A DNA stretch of 52,798 bases from Ancylonema sp. (lineage: Eukaryota): assembly GCA_050230475.1 (NCBI GenBank), contig JBFLGF010000228.1:1-52798 (forward strand), written 5' to 3'. Positions 50,201-52,798 of the stretch are shown piece after piece. The notes under the pieces are model-generated. The model was not told the origin of the DNA. It searched no databases and saw nothing but the letters and a program-made list of their open reading frames with translations. A program made the translations under genes and the position numbers. The stretch's first letter is position 1; each line of letters starts with the position of its first letter.

Positions 50201-50662
50201 TGATAGGTGTGCAAGATCGTGTGAATCTTTCCGTACAAGGAACTTCGTCTCTCAAAGATGATCAATGACAAGTATTGTGTTGGAAGAAAAATTATTTAAT
50301 GGTCGGCATCGTGTAGGTATACCACGATGCCTCGTCCAAAACAAGAATCTACAAACTGTGCCGACGGTCGTATCTGCGGACCGTCGGCCTATCAAATAAC
50401 ACAACAACAGTCAGATCCTGACAATGGCACATGCCCCGGACAGTGTCTGACAAGACATAAAACGTCTAGATTCGGAACCATCTAGACCGCACGTGCTACA
50501 AACGGCACACAATAATCGAAACGTCATATTCGGGTGCCCGGACATATAAGTCCGGCCCCTCAATATAAGCACACACCCTAGGAATCCTACCCGGTTACAC
50601 TAACCGGGTAGTCCGGAACTAGCACACTTGCAAACATGGCTATCCGATATAATTCCTACACG
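50201..50662 (-). repeat. 5' LTR
   Basis: Aligns with 44215-44661. The outer terminus reads CG on the element strand instead of TG. Confidence 0.92.
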
Positions 50663-52798
50663 TTACGGCCTGAGCATGACGTACTCGTACAGATCTGTGA
50701 CGTCACACACGTGTGGCTAGTAGAACAACCTCAAAAATGCTAAGGACACATGCGGATACGTGCGGAAAGACACCCGAACACGTTCATAAAAAGCAAAGCC
50801 GCTAACTACATGCATCACAACACACAACACCACACACACACCCGCACATCTAGCAAGCAATCTAGCATGCACTGTATTTTTTTACTCGATAAATTATCCA
50901 AGGCAATGGAAGTCGTTGGTTGCCTAGAAGCGCCGGGCCCTGACGATCTATCGGGCTATGTGGGTCTTTCCTGCCGACATAAGCAGCGCCTAAGCCGTGT
51001 TGGAGCTCGGACATTTTACGTTTGCAAAACGCGGACGCCGACGCGGAAAAGGCATTGAGGTCAGACCATTCGTATGTATTCCGATGGCTGAGCACTCCGT
51101 CTACATGTATTAAATTAGACCAGTGTACTCGTCCAAGCCGACCTCGCCATTGCTCATCTCGAAGCCGACCTCGCCACCCGTCTTAAGGTTATTATGATCG
51201 GACATGTTATCAAGTATATAAATTTCAAATATAGTAAATGATTGTTTCCGTAAAAATACGGCGCGGAGTTTCTTGTCACATATAAATTATATAAATAATA
51301 AAAAAATAAACAAATTATAATTATATAAATTATATATAAATTTTCATTTGCCGAAGGCTTACTACAAGAGTAGGAGTATATGCATTAGAAGCGTAAAAGT
51401 AAAAGCATTTGTATTGAAGTGTTTGGGAGATGGACATGAAGGAATGCAAAATCATAACTGTTGTTTAAGTGTTGCAAGTATCATGACAAGATTCGAAAAG
51501 GGGAATGTAGATACGCACTAAAATGTGAGAATTACCGTTTGTAAGTAGCTAGTGAAATTTCAAGAATTCGAGTGTTTTGAGCCCATATTCAAAACGGTTA
51601 GAAGAAAGCTAGAATCACCATCTTGGAAGGACATGAAATAAAATGAAAGCCACATTCCATTCATAATTCCATTTATGTATGGCTTACTACATCATTTTGT
51701 TAACTCAATGATACAAAATATTTTCATCTGATTGAATAAAGTGAATAATCGGAAAAAGCTGAAGGAAAATCGAGCGTGTAGTAATTTAAAGCAAATGCGA
51801 AGCGGATACCATATAAGCAAAAAACAAAGCGAAGGCGATAAATGAAATTAGTATTTTCATATCCAATCAACCGGAAAATATAATTACACATTTCTTCACA
51901 TATTAGGTGATCACATTCTCATTTTCAACCACAAGCGTGGATAAAAGAAAAAAAACGGACGGTATATCGAAAGAAGAACGTGGCATACCCAACTACATTG
52001 TTGTGCAAGGATTTTGATGGCATAAAAATAAAAACCTTCAAGCAATTGTTAATCTCAATGCCCCATCTCTCTACAAAGTGGCGTTTTATTCATCATGTAG
52101 AGCCAGGTACGTGGAGACGAAGATTTCCGACACCTCGTGGCCCCTGAAACCAAGGGGCCACGAGGGTTTGGCGATGCTTCGTTGGCCGTCGCTATACATT
52201 CTAGTGTGAGCTTACCCACCCACATGTTTGCTTCCGCATTAAAGCCCTCTTGTTTGAAGACGAAACCGGGGAATGATATCTTGAATCTCGTCAACCTTGA
52301 AAGCGGATGATTCCTTACACAAGGCGAGGGGAAGGCGTTGCAAATGATACCGACTCACCCTTGGACGTACGAGAGAATGCGTTTAGAATGAGTTTACATG
52401 TCGGTGTTAACATGCACACTACTGGTCGTACGCTTCGGGTCAACTCGATTCAACGGCTTTGAATGTGCGATCCCCGATAGTGAGAAAGATCGTTGGTCAA
52501 ATGCAACATTTACGCCACTTTGAAAGAACCATTATACTACAATTGCGAAGTACTCTGGTTTTGGGACCTCTTATAACATTTAACGGATGGCTACCGCTGA
52601 TCGGTTACGTGTTTTAATTTCACGTCCCCCCCCCCCCCAATATCATTAAAGAACTTGAATTCAACCATAAATGGGCGCGCACTTTGCGCCCGCGTGCGGC
52701 ACGTGAAGTAAATTAGTGCTTTAATCAAGGGAAATGCCGAGTTGTGGCGATAGTAATAATTGTAGAATTAGCGTGGACCGGAGATGTGACTATAATGT

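Larger units (their letters stand above)
44215..50662 (-). mobile_element. Ty1/copia LTR retrotransposon, full length, degenerate
   Basis: Direct repeats at 44215-44661 and 50201-50662. 5-bp TSD TTACG at 44210-44214 and 50663-50667. G-run (PPT-like) abuts the 3' LTR at 44662-44666 on the minus strand. Domain order gag-PR-IN-RT-RNaseH. Confidence 0.96.

Noticed and set aside
52055..52294. 79-aa minus-strand ORF near the window end
   Set aside because: No identifiable family or supporting exon structure.

Overview
Eukaryotic, intron-rich genomic DNA from a plant-lineage (most likely streptophyte alga or early-diverging plant) genome. Spliced gene models were read by hand from GT/GC-AG boundaries. 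Six conserved genes are present: N-carbamoylputrescine amidase (+), aspartylglucosaminidase (-), NADPH-cytochrome P450 reductase (+), PAS2/HACD dehydratase (+), RMD1/DUF155 protein (-) and a Rubisco-activase-like AAA+ ATPase (+). Two less familiar genes follow: an AT-hook protein with an apparent in-frame stop, and a small gene encoding a VCP/p97-interacting motif plus a BAG-like domain, which is the most unusual item. The right end carries a full-length but frameshifted Ty1/copia retrotransposon with both LTRs, a TTACG target-site duplication and a half-tRNA-iMet primer site. Intergenic DNA holds several hAT-like non-autonomous elements, one with a nested TA-flanked MITE, and a decayed region with an inverted duplicated zinc-finger-like segment. 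Family assignments come from recalled motifs, not database searches.
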